Positions 1 to 10,184 of a stretch of 33,107 nt of DNA are shown piece after piece. The position numbers and the translations under genes were made by a program. The notes below the pieces were generated by a model. The model was not told the DNA's origin. It was given only the letters and a program-made list of their open reading frames with translations, and did no database searches. Source of the DNA: Malacoraja senta (Eukaryota); assembly GCA_038087875.1 (NCBI GenBank), contig JAXLNO010000437.1, forward strand, positions 1 through 33,107. The letters are read 5' to 3'. Positions within the stretch are counted from its first letter, which is position 1. Every line of letters begins with the position of its first letter.

Positions 1-84
1 TCCTCAGATACGTGGCCAAAAATTGCTCACAATATTGCAAATGCGGTCTGACCAACGCCTTATAGAGCCTCAGCATTACATCCC
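1..84 (-). mobile_element. CR1-clade LINE ORF2 fragment, cut by the window edge
   Basis: Reverse complement translates DVMLRLYKALVRPHLQYCEQFLATYLR, matching the LVRPHLEYC motif of CR1 ORF2. Confidence 0.8.
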
Positions 85-96
85 ATCCCAGCAATA

Positions 97-252
97 CAGG
101 TCCACTGCCGATTTTCCGGGACCCTTGGTTCCCGAGCCTTTCTGGATTATCCGTTTTGTCGGACCAACAGAGACCACGGCCTCCAAGAGTAGTCCAACAC
201 CTCGGCCGCCGAGGGGCCGAGATACCGGCCCTCAAAGTCGGCCTCAGAAGTC
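97..252. mobile_element. Possible left part of a degenerate non-autonomous DNA transposon
   Basis: TA + CAGGTCCACTGCCGATTTTCCGG (97-119) is an imperfect inverted match to CCAGGAAATCGGTGGTGGAC (2825-2844). Confidence 0.4.
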
Positions 253-715
253 GGATAAATGTGAGGTTATCCACTTTGGTGGCAAAACAGGAAGGCTGAT
301 TATTATCTGAATGGTGTCAGTTGGGAAAAGGGGAAGTACAACGAGATCTCGGGGTCCCTGTTCATCGGTCACTGAAAGTAAGCATGCAGGTACAGCAGGC
401 AGTGAAGAAAGCGAATGGCATGTTGGCCTTTATAACAAGAGGAGTTGAGTATAGGAGCAAAGAGGTCCTTCTGCAGTTGTATAGGGCCCTAGTGAGACAC
501 ACCTGGAGTATTGTGTGCAGTTTTGGTCTCCAAATTTGAGTAAGGACATTCTTGCTATTGAGGGAGTGCAGCGTAGGTTCACAATGTTAATTCCTGGGAT
601 GACAGGATTGTCATATGCTGATAGAATGGAGCGGCTGGGCTTGTATATTCTGGAATTTAGAAGGATGAGAGGGAGTCTTATTGAAACATATAAGATTATT
701 AAGGGTTTGGACACT
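253..715 (+). mobile_element. CR1 LINE, 5' piece of an interrupted copy (continues 2270-2612)
   Basis: DKCEVIHFGG...QRDLGV...VKKANGMLAFI...EGVQRRFT...YKIIKGLD, with frameshifts. Confidence 0.92.
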
Positions 716-2269
716 ACAAGGAAGTAGCTCCAGAAATAGTGGATGCATTAGTGATAATTTTTCAAAACTCTTTAGATTCTGGAGTAGTTCCTGAGGATTG
801 GAGGGTAGCAAACGTAACCCCACTTTTTAAAAAGGGAGGGAGAGAGAAAATGGGGAATTACAGACCAGTTAGTCTAACATCGGTAGTGGGGAAACTGCTA
901 GAGTCAGTTATTAAAGATGGGATAGCAGCACATTTGGAAAGTGGTGAAATCATTGGACAAAGTCAGCATGGATTTACAAAAGGTAAATCGTGTCTGACGA
1001 ATCTTATAGAATTTTTCGAGGATGTAACTAGTAGAGTGGGTAGGGGAGAACCAGTGGATGTGTTGTATCTGGACTTTCAGAAGGCTTTTGTCAAGGTACC
1101 ACATAAGAGATTAGGATACAAACTTAAATCACACGGTATTGGGGGTTCAGTATTGATGTGGATAGAGAACTGGCTGGCAAACAGGAAGCAAAGAGTAGGA
1201 GTAAACGGGTCCTTTTCACAATGGCAGGCAGTGACTAGTGGGATACCGCAAGGCTCAGTGCTGGGACCCCAGCTATTTACAATTTATATTAATGATCTGG
1301 ACGAGGGAATTGAAAGCAACATCTCCAAGTTTGCGGATGACACTAAGATGGGGGGGCAGTGTTAGCTGTGAGGAGGATGCTAGGAGACTGCAAGGTGACT
1401 TGGATAGGCTGGGTGAGTGGGCAAGTGTTTGGCAGATGCAGTATAATGTGGATAAATGTGAGGTTATCCACTTTGGTGGCAAAAACGGGAAGGCAGACTA
1501 TTATCTAAATGGTGGCCGATTAGGAAATGGGGAGATGCAGCGAGACCTGGGTGTCATGGTACACCAGTCATTGAAAGTAGGCATGCAGGTGCAGCAGGCA
1601 GTGAAGAAAGCGAATGGTATGTTGGCCTTCATAGCAAGAAGATTTGAGTATAGGAGCAGGGAGGTTCTACTGCAGTTGTACAGGGTCTTGGTGAGACCAC
1701 ACCTGGAGTATTGCATACAGTTTTGGTCTCCAAATCTGAGGAAGGACATTATAGCCATAGAGGGAGTGCAGAGAAGGTTCACCAGACTGATTCCTGGGAT
1801 GTCAGGACTTTCATATGAAGAAAGACTGGATAGACTTGGCTTATACTCGCTAGAATTTAGGAGATTGAGAGGGGATCTTATAGAAACGTACAAAATTCTT
1901 ATGGGGTTGGACAGGCTAGATGCAGGAAGATTGTTCCCGATGTTGGGGAAGTCCAGGACAAGGGGTCACAGCTTAAGGATAAGGGGGAAATCCTTTAAGA
2001 CCGAGATGAGGAAAAACTTTTTCACACAGAGAGTGGTGAATCTCTGGAACTCTCTGCCACAGAGGGTACTTGAGGCCAGTTCATTGGCTATATTTAAGAG
2101 GGAGTTAGATGCGGCCCTTGTGGCTAAGGGGATCAGGGGGTATGGAGAGAAGGCAGGTACGGGATACTGAGTTGGATGATCAGCCATGATCATATTGAAT
2201 GGCGGTGCAGGCTTGAAGGGCCGAAGGGCCTACTCCTGCAACTATTTTCTATGTATCTATGTATCTATG
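716..2269 (+). mobile_element. Young 5'-truncated CR1 LINE (RT domain to 3' tail), nested in another CR1
   Basis: ORFs 739-1365 and 1238-2170 carry [27 protein letters not shown] and FADD; 3' stem-loop and (TATCTATG)n tail end at 2269. Confidence 0.97.
739..2170 (+). pseudogene. CR1 ORF2 reverse transcriptase, frameshifted just after FADD
   Basis: G-run at ~1350-1356 has 7 G versus 6 in the homologous copy at ~15340, shifting the frame between the two ORFs. Confidence 0.9.
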
Positions 2270-2612
2270 ACATGCCAAAGGCAGGAAACATGTTCCCGAT
2301 GTTGGGGGAGTCCAGAACCAGGGCCCACAGTTTAAGAATAAGGGGTAAGCCATTTAGAACGGAGACGAGGAAAAACTTTTTCACACAAGAGAGTTATAAG
2401 TCTGTGGAATTCTCTGCCGCAGAGGGTGGTGGAGGCAGGTTCTCTGGATACTTTCAAGAGAGAGTTTGATTGAGCTCTTAAAGATAGCGGAGTCGGGATA
2501 TGGGGAGAAGGCAGGAACGGGGTACTGATTGTGGATGATCAGCCATGATCACATTGAATGTCGGTGCTGGCTCGAAGGGCCGAATGGCCTACTCCTGCAC
2601 CTATTGTCTATG
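2270..2612 (+). mobile_element. CR1 LINE, 3' piece of the copy beginning at 253
   Basis: Resumes AGNMFPMLGESRTR where the 253-715 piece stopped (KGLD); ends CCTATTGTCTATG. Confidence 0.9.
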
Positions 2613-2848
2613 GGAATGGGTCTGCCGGCTCCGGCCGGGCCAGAGTTCCAGAGCCCCGGCCGCAGGGGGCGAATTCCATCGGCCGCGGAAGTCCCAATGA
2701 GGCCGACATCGGCTGCCTCACCCGGCCTGGGCGCCACATTTTCGGATGGACATCCAGCGGGCGTTCAAATGCGCTCTCGTAATTTTATCCAGATTAAAGG
2801 AGGTGCCGGACCGACCACCAGTTGCCAGGAAATCGGTGGTGGACGTCC
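2613..2848. mobile_element. Possible right part of the degenerate DNA transposon
   Basis: GC/CpG-rich segment ending in the imperfect inverted match to 97-119. Confidence 0.35.
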
Positions 2849-2942
2849 ACACAAATTCTTGCGTACTCTGTCTTTAGATTGTTTTTGCCACAGTAGGAAC
2901 TGGGGGTTAATACAATCAAAGCCAACATGATCAAAGATCGAC

Positions 2943-3536
2943 ACATAGAAACATAGAAAATAGATGCAGGAGGAGGCCCTTCGGCCCTTCCAGCCAGCAC
3001 CGCCATTCAATATGATCATGGCTGATCGTCCCCAATCAATAACCCGTGCCTGCCTTCTCCCCATATCCCTTGACTCCACTAGCCCCTAGAGCTCTATCTA
3101 ACTCTCTCTTAAATCCATCCAATGATTTGGCCTCCACTGCCCTCTGTGGCAGGGAATTCCACAAATTCACAACTCTCTGGGTGAAAAAGTTTTTTCGCAC
3201 CTCAGTCTTAAATGGCCTCCCTTTATTCTAAGACTGTGGCCCCTGGTTCTGGACTCGCCCAACATTGGGGGGGGGGGGGGGAATTCTGCATCTAGCTTAT
3301 CCAGTCCTTTTATAATCTTATATGTTTCGATAAGATATCCCGTCATCCTTCTAAACTCCAGTGAATACAAGCCTAGTCTTTTCAATCTTTCCTCATATGA
3401 CAGTCCCGCCATCCCAGGGATCAATCTCGTGAACCTACGCTGCACTGCCTCAATCATAAGGATGTCCTTCCTCAAATGAGGAGACCAAAACTGTACGCAA
3501 TACTCCAGATGTGGTCTCACCAGAGCCCTATACAAC
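2943..3536 (-). mobile_element. 5'-truncated CR1 LINE
   Basis: LYRALVRPHLEYCVQFWSP...; (CATAGAAA)n tail seen on + at 2943-2960; G15 run at 3267-3281. Confidence 0.95.
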
Positions 3537-3625
3537 ACAATGTGCTGGAGTAGCTCTGCGGGCCAGGCAGCATCTCCGCAGAACATGGATGGATAGACAA
3601 CGACCTATTCAGGTCGCGACCTTTC
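3537..3625 (-). mobile_element. Degenerate PLE 3' terminal fragment
   Basis: GTGCTGGAGTAGCTCTGCGGG..GCAGCATCT resembles the PLE terminus at 23175-23300. Confidence 0.55.
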
Positions 3626-3764
3626 TTTCCTCCCTGTGTTCACTAAACACTGATTGTGTTGCTGGGAAAGTATCGGATGAGGTGTATTTAATGACGAGCC
3701 CCATTTAGCACGTCAGCAGATACGATAGGACTTCATTCGTACCATTGATCTGCCAACAGTCATA

Positions 3765-4390
3765 AGAACTTCAACATGAAATTAAAGTGACGAGTGGAAA
3801 GGATTGGGGATTTGCAAAGATTGGGGTGGGGAGGGTGGAGTTGTACAGTTCGATAGCCACAGGGAAGAAGGATCTCCTGTGGCGTTCTGTGCTGCATCTT
3901 GGTGGAACCAGTCTGTTGCTGAAGGTGCTCCTCAGGTTGACCAGTGTGTCATGGAGGGGGTGAGCTGTATTGTCCAGGATGCCCTGCAGTTTGAGGAGCA
4001 TCCTCCCCTCCAAGACCAACCTCCCATGAATCCAACTCCGCCCCCAGGACGGAGCCAGCCTTCCTGATGAGCTTGTTGATGCTATTGGCGTCCGTGGCCT
4101 TCGCCCTGCTGCCCCGGCACACGGCAGCGAAGAAGATGGCACTGGCTACCACCGACTGGTAGAACATCTGCAGCATCTTACTGCAGATGTTGAAGGAGCG
4201 GAGCCTTCTCAAAAAGTACAGGCGGCTCTGTCCCTTCTTGTACAGGGCCCCAGCGTTCCTGGACCAGTCCAGTTTACTGTCCAGGTACACTCCCAGGTAT
4301 TTGTACTCCCTGGTAAACTGCACATCCACACCATTGATGGAGACAGGACAGGGGTGTTCCTCTCCTCCTAAAGTCCACCACCAACTCCTT
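3765..4390 (-). mobile_element. Rex1/Babar-type LINE 3' fragment
   Basis: YKYLGVYLDSKLDWSRN...KGQSRLYFLRRLRSFN...FYQSVVASAIFFA...HPLH...RHRRSFFPVAIELYN, with a frameshift. Confidence 0.85.
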
Positions 4391-4498
4391 AGATCACACT
4401 ATTTAATTGCACTTCAGCGATGTTTCATCGACAGAGTCAGCCACTTAAGAGAACACAGACCAAGTGAAGTGACGGTCAGGGAAGGGAGAGGTTCTGTA

Positions 4499-4822
4499 AT
4501 GTTCCCAATATTAGGCGAGTCCAGAACCAGGGGCCACACACAGTCTTAGAATAATGGTGAAGCCATTTATGACTGGGGTGAGAAAAAACATTTTCACCCA
4601 GAGAGTTGTGGAATTCCCTGCCACAGAGGGCAGTGGAGGCCAAATCACTGGATGGATTTAAGAGAGAGTTAGATAGAGCTCTAGGGGCTAGTGGAATCAA
4701 GGGATATGGGGAGAAGGCAGGCACGGGTTATTGATTGGGGACGATCAGCCATGATCACAATGAATGGTGGTGCTGGCTCGAAGGGCCGAATGGCCTCCAG
4801 CACCTATTTTCTATTTTTGGTA
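4499..4822 (+). mobile_element. CR1 LINE 3' end
   Basis: MFPILGESRTRGH..., then the 3' UTR GGCTCGAAGGGCCGAATGGCC. Confidence 0.9.
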
Positions 4823-4920
4823 TGTAATAATTGGAGGTTAAGAGGACACATCAAGATGCTTTGTAACTGAGATGAGGGTTCTTTACTGTAGCGGCAGATG
4901 CATATACACCAGCAGGTCTT

Positions 4921-5195
4921 TAGGTTTTAGAGATACAGCCCTTCGGCCCACTGTGTCCGCGCCGACCAGCGATCACTCCCGCACACTGACATTATGCTGC
5001 ACACTTCGAACCATTTACAATTTTACCGAAGCCAATTAATCTACAAACCTGTATGTCTTTGAACTGTGGGTGGAAACTGGAGACGATCCCCACAGGTCCC
5101 AGGGAGAACATATAAACTCCATACAGACTGCACCCATAGTCAGGATCGAACCCGGGTCTCTGGCGCTGAAAGGCAGCAACTCCACTCAACCACTG
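4921..5195 (-). mobile_element. tRNA-derived SINE (HE1/V-SINE-like)
   Basis: B box GGTTCGATCC on the minus strand (~5143-5152); body and TGGGCCGAAGGG tail match the copy at 22395-22706. Confidence 0.85.
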
Positions 5196-5775
5196 CAGAA
5201 AGGTCAGTGTGGGAATGGGAGGGGGAGTTAAAGTGTTCAGCAACCGGGAGATCAGGTAGGTCTAGGCGGACTGAGCGGAGGAGTTCAGCGAAACGATCGC
5301 CGAGCCTGCGCTTGGTCTCGCCGGTGTACAGGAGTCCACACCTGGTACAGCGGATACAGTAGATGAGGTTGGAGGAGGTGCAAGTGAACCCCTGCCTCAC
5401 CTGAAAAGACTTGGGGTCCTTGGACGGAGTCGAGGGGGGAGGTTTTGGGACAGGTGTTGCATCTCCTGCGGTTGCAGGGGAAGGTACCTGGGGAGGCGGT
5501 GGTTTTGGGTGGGAAGGGACGAGTTAACCAGGGAGTTGCGGAGGGAGCGGTCTCTGCGGAAAGCAGAAAGTGGTGGAGATGGGAAAATGTGGCCAGTGGT
5601 GGGATCCCGTTGGAGGTGGTGAAAATGTCAGAGGATTATGTGTTGTATGCGACGGCTGGTGGGGTGGAAGGTGAGGACAAGGGGGACTCATTCTCTGTTT
5701 ATGAATGGGTGGGAGGGGGAGCAAGAGCGGACCTGCGGGATATCCAGGAGACTGCGGTGAGGGGCTCATCTATGG
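5196..5775 (-). mobile_element. PLE fragment (GIY-YIG endonuclease and linker)
   Basis: FTCTSSNLIYCIRCTRCGLLYTGETKRRLGDRFAE...PVAEHFNSPSH. Confidence 0.92.
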
Positions 5776-6240
5776 TCTCCCGGTTGCTAAACACTTTAAC
5801 TCCCCCTCCCATTCCCACACTGACCTTTCTGTCCTGGGCCTCCTCCATTGTCAGAGTGAGGCCCAGCGCAAATTGGAGGAACAGCACCTCATATTTTGTT
5901 TGGGCAGTGGTATGAACATTGATTTGTCTAACTTCAAGTAGCCCTTGCTTTCCCTCTCTCTCCATCCCTCCCCCTTCCTAATTCTCTGACCCCTGATTAA
6001 TCAGTACCCCTTATTAAATGTTATCTCTGTATACTTCCCCAATGACCTATTCTACATTTTCCTAATTTATTAAATCTCCTTTGATCTCTTGTTTTCCACA
6101 CCTTGCACTTCCTTATCTCTGTGTCTCCCTCTCCCCTGACTCTCAGTCTGAAGAAGGGTCTCGACCCGAGACGTCACCCATTCCTTCTATCCAGTGCTGC
6201 TGCCTGTCCCCGCTGAGTTACTCCAGCATTTTGTGCCTAT
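5776..6240 (+). mobile_element. PLE 3' end/pLTR, inverted relative to 5196-5775
   Basis: LPVAKHFNSPSH...KLEEQHLIF..GMNIDLSNFK*, pyrimidine-rich UTR, hammerhead-like motif, terminal GCTGAGTTACTCCAGCATTTTGTG. Confidence 0.92.
6146..6177 (+). ncRNA. Minimal type I hammerhead ribozyme motif (GAAA mutated to GAGA)
   Basis: GT-CTGAAGA-A-GGGTC TC GACCC-GAGAC-GTC-AC. Confidence 0.65.
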
Positions 6241-6582
6241 AAACTAAGCTAAAGGCCTGTAGCAGACTGCAAAGTGTCTGCGCTGGTGTAGATTTGATCT
6301 GCAGTAGCTCAGCTGCAGTGGTAATGCATTGGTCTAAACACTGATTATATTAAAAGCTGAACATGAGAGAGTGTTTTATGCCCTGTGACACTGATAATTG
6401 TCATCTGTTGGCATGACTCGAGCCCAGTAACCAGGGGGAAGACGCTGATTGTAATCATATTGTCAGCTCACGCAATATCTCTACGCGGTTCTGGTCTCTT
6501 CTGCTCCCATTGTGATATTCCCACGTTTATCTGCTTTTTTTTTTCTTTGAATGCACAGAGTATTCTAACCATAGAACATAGC

Positions 6583-6682
6583 GTGTAGGAAGGAACTGCA
6601 GATTACACCAAAGGTAGACACAAAATACGGAAGCAGCTCAGCGGAACAGGCAGCAACTCTGGAGAGAAGGACCGGGTGAAGG
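6583..6682 (-). mobile_element. PLE terminal fragment
   Basis: GAAGGAACTGCAGAT...GGTAGACACAAAA...CTCAGCGG. Confidence 0.75.
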
Positions 6683-6685
6683 AAC

Positions 6686-7306
6686 GCATTCATAGCAAAA
6701 GGTTTTGAGTATAGGAGCAGGGAGGTTCTACTGCAGTTGTACAGGGTCTTGGTGAGACCACACCTGGAGTATTGCGTACAGTTTTGGGCTCCAAATCTGG
6801 GGAAAGACATTCTTGCCATAGAGGGAGTACAGAGAAGGTTCACCAGACTGATTCCTGGGATGGCAGGACTTTCATATGAAGAAAGACTGGATAGACTCGG
6901 CTTGTACCCGCTAGAATTTAGAAGATTGAGGGGGGATCTTATAGAAACGTACAAAATTCTTAAGGGGTTGGACAGGCTAGATGCAGGAAGATTGTTCCCG
7001 ATGTTGGGGAAGTCCAGAACAAGGGGTCACAGTTTAAGGATAAGGGGGAAATCTTTTAGGACCGAGATGAGGAAAAAAAATTCACACAGAGAGTGGTGAA
7101 TCTGTGGAATTCTCTGCCACAGAAGGTAGTTGAGGCCAGTTAATTGGCTATATTTAAGAGGGAGTTAGATGTGGCCCTTGTGGCTAAAGGGATCAGGGGG
7201 TATGGAGAGGTACAGGATACTGAGTTGGATGATCAGCCATGATCATATTGAATGGCAGTGCAGGCTCGAAGGGCCGAATGGCCTACTCCTGCACCTATTT
7301 TCTATG
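6686..7306 (+). mobile_element. 5'-truncated CR1 LINE
   Basis: YRVLVRPHLEYCVQFWAP...GHSLRIRGK, plus 3' UTR and TTTTCTATG. Confidence 0.95.
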
Positions 7307-7338
7307 TGAAGTTTCGAGTCGAGACTCTTCTTCAGACC
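7306..7338 (-). ncRNA. Minimal hammerhead motif with compensatory helix II
   Basis: Reverse complement GGT-CTGAAGA-A-GAGTC TC GACTC-GAAAC-TTC-AC. Confidence 0.65.
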
Positions 7339-7457
7339 GAGGGTCAGGGGTGAGGGAGACACAGAGATAGGAAAGGGTAAGGTGTGAAAACCGATCAAAG
7401 GGGACGATGATCAAGGAAATGTAGAATGGTTCAATGTTAGCTGGGAGGTGAGAGTAA

Positions 7458-8194
7458 TGGGCCTGTCCCACTTAGGCGACTTTTTAGGCGACTGCAGGAG
7501 ACTCTGCGCTCGCCACATGGTCGCCACATGTTCGCTGGTGGTCTCTGGTGAGTCTCCTTCATGGTCGCGAGGAGTTCCCGCATTCTGGGAACCAGTCGCG
7601 GCCTCAGTATGGTCGCCGCAAATGTTTCAACATGGAGATAATCGATAATCCTATAGTCGTAGGTGCAGTTGTAGTGGGGTCGCCATGTAGTTATGGGTAG
7701 TGGAGGTAGTCGTAGGTAGTTTTAGTTAATCGCCTTTGCTGACCGGTCATTTTCATTGGCTCATTGGTGGGGGGAAAAAACATAAGCAGGAGTATTCAGA
7801 AGCAAGGATAACCGACCGGTAATGTTAAATGTCCACCGAACTTCACAGTTGTGTATCTCTGGCTTCTTAAAAGTTGTCTGGCTTCTTAAAAGTTGTCTCC
7901 ACTCCTTCTCCCCCCCCTCCCTCTTTTAAAGGACCATACACTGTGCTTTAGCTGTCTTAATTACAGCGCCAACCTTCCTGTTCATCGAGGTGTGTGTCTG
8001 TATCACCTTGGCTTTGCACCGTGTGAATTTCAGACAGCGCTCCCCCCGCTTGCCCTGGCCCCCGCCTTTGTGATGTGTGTGTGTGTGTTCCATTCTGACA
8101 GTCACCGTTCCAGTTCCCGGTTTTTCAGGCGACTGCCGGCATCTTGACGGTCGCCGGCAGTCCGCTGAAAAATCGCCTAAGTGGGACAGGCCCA
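7458..8194. mobile_element. Non-autonomous PIF/Harbinger-like MITE
   Basis: TIRs TGGGCCTGTCCCACTTAGGCGA / TCGCCTAAGTGGGACAGGCCCA; flanks TAA and CAA; no transposase. Confidence 0.85.
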
Positions 8195-8352
8195 CAAGGC
8201 ATACACTCAGTAATATTTAATCCGGTCCAATGAATCTGGTCGGAGAACTAGGATGGGGGAGGGGATGGAGAGAGAGGGAAAGCAAGGGTTACTTGAAGTT
8301 AGGGAGGTCAATGTTCATACCGCTGGGGTGTAAACTACCCAAGCGAAATATG

Positions 8353-8802
8353 TTGCCAGGACTAGAGGGTGTGAGCTATAGGGAGAGGTTGAGTAGGCTG
8401 GGTCTCTATTCCATGGAGCGCAGGAGGATGAGGGGTGATCTTATAGAGGTGTACAAAATCATGAGAGGAATAGATCGGGTAGATGCACAGAGTCTCTTGC
8501 CCAGAGTGGGGGAATTGAGGACCAGAGGACATAGGTTCAAGGTGAAGGGGAAAAGATTTAATAGGAATCCGAGAGGTAACTTTTTCACCGTGGTGGGTGT
8601 ATGGAACAAGCTGCCAGAGAGGTAGTTGAGGCAGGGACTATCCCATCGTTTAGGAAACAGTTGGACAGGTACATGGATAGGACAGGTTTGGAGGGTTATG
8701 GATCAAGCGCAGGCAGGTGGGACTAGGGTAGCTGGGACATTGTTGGCCGGTGTGGGTGAGTTGGGCTGAAGGGCCTGTTTCCAGACTGTGTTCCGCTCTA
8801 TG
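8353..8802 (+). mobile_element. Second CR1-clade LINE family (HER1-like), 3' end
   Basis: LPGLEGVSYRERLSRLGLYSMERRRMRGDLIEVYKIMRGIDRVD; tail TGGGCTGAAGGGCCTGTTTCC; TATG at both junctions. Confidence 0.88.
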
Positions 8803-9013
8803 AGGTGCTGTTCCTCCAATTTGTGCTGGGCCTCACTGTCAATGGAGGAGGCCCAGGACAGAAAGGTCAGTGTGGGAATGGGAGGTGGAGTTAAAGTGTT
8901 TAGCCACCGGGAGATCAGGTCGGCCTAGGCGGCCTAAGATTCAGAAATTGCGAGCCTGTAGGTCTTAACAGTGTTTGAGAAAGGATCAAGCACTCGTTTA
9001 TGTTGCTTGTAGG

Positions 9014-9860
9014 AGGATGTTGCCAGGACTTGAGGGTGTGAGCTACAGGGGGTGGTTGAGCACGCTGGGACTCGATTCCTTGGAGCGCAGGAGGACGAAG
9101 GGGTGATCTTACAGATGTGCAAAAAATGATGAGCGGAATAGATTGGGTAAACCCACAGACTATCCCAGAATAGGGGAACCGATAAACAGAGGACATAGGT
9201 TTAAAGTGCGGGGGAGGTGTGGGGGGATATTTAATAGAATCCTGAGGGGTGACTTTTCACACAAAGTGTGGCGGGTGCATGGAACGAGCTGCCAGAGGAG
9301 GTAGTTGAGGCTGGGACTATCGCAATGTTTCAGAAACATTTAGACAGGTACATGGATAGGACAGGTTTAGAGTGATAGGATAGGTTTAGAGTGATATCTC
9401 GGGCAGATGGGGCTCGTCAGCCTGGGAAGGCAGTCCATCTAGGAGAGGGTACAAACTCTGATTTAAAACCTCCACTGCCTTGTGGCCGTATCCAGTCATG
9501 GAAAAGGTTCCAGGAGTAAACCTCGAGACAATCCGGAGTCGGAGCCCCTAAGGCAGTTCGCCGTTGTCTACAACCTCGCTCTGGCAGCTCCTGCGACGGC
9601 GCTGGTGCCAAACTGTAACGGCCCTGCTGTTCCTTTGGATCGATCAGCGACGTGGAGAGGGGGGACGTGCTGCATGGGCAACAGCCTGTCCTCCATATGA
9701 CATCGCCCAGGCTTGCATCCGACCAGGATGCATCACCCATGGTCAGTCATGACCGAGGCGGGCCTACTGAGGGATGTGGGCCAAATGCAGGCAGGTGGGA
9801 CATGTTGGCTGGTATGGGCAAGTTGGGCCGAAGGGCCCGTTTCCACTCCATGACTCTAAC
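9014..9860 (+). mobile_element. Older HER1-like LINE 3' end, interrupted at ~9399-9767
   Basis: Degenerate match to 8353-8802; resumes GAGGGATGTGGGCCAAATGCAGG and ends GGGCCGAAGGGCCCGTTTCC. Confidence 0.8.
9399..9767 (+). mobile_element. Short non-coding insertion, possibly an RTE-related SINE
   Basis: Interrupts a LINE 3' UTR with an imperfect duplication GAGTGATAT/GAGGGATGT. GCCTGGGAAGGCAGTCCATCTAGGAGAGGG..AAACTCTG resembles RTE 5' UTRs (from memory). Confidence 0.45.
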
Positions 9861-9866
9861 TCATCT

Positions 9867-10102
9867 AGTTTAGAGAGACACAGTGTGGAATCCGCATATT
9901 AACATTATCCTACACACACTAGGGGCAATTAACATTTCATACCAAGCCAACTAACCTACAAACCTGCACGTCTTTGGAGTGTGGGAGGAAACCGAAGATC
10001 TCGGAGAAAACCCACGGGGAGAACGTACAAACTCCGTACAGACAGCACCCGTGGTCGGGATGAAACCCGGGTCACCAGCGCTGAATGGCAGTAGCTCTAC
10101 CC
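9867..10102 (-). mobile_element. tRNA-derived SINE, partly deleted
   Basis: AACCTGCACGTCTTTGGAGTGTGGGAGGAAACCGAAGATCTCGG body; degenerate B box. Confidence 0.85.
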
Positions 10103-10103
10103 T

Positions 10104-10184
10104 GTGTAGATGGGACCTGTGGGTCAGTGTGACCAAGTTGGGCCGAAGGGCCTGCTTTCCAGGCTGCAAGACTCCATGACTCCA
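10104..10184 (+). mobile_element. HER1-like LINE 3' tail
   Basis: AAGTTGGGCCGAAGGGCCTG...GACTCCATGACTCC. Confidence 0.7.

Larger units (their letters stand above)
7306..8937 (-). mobile_element. PLE 3' region in three pieces (7306-7457, 8195-8352, 8803-8937), split by a MITE and a LINE
   Basis: Pieces are collinear with the PLE at 23270-23600; AAGCGAAATATG|AGGTGCTG rejoins across the LINE. Confidence 0.85.

Noticed and set aside
3267..3281. G15 run (and the C run at ~28268-28280) as a functional G-quadruplex
   Set aside because: These are homopolymer expansions inside decayed TEs, and their lengths are error-prone.
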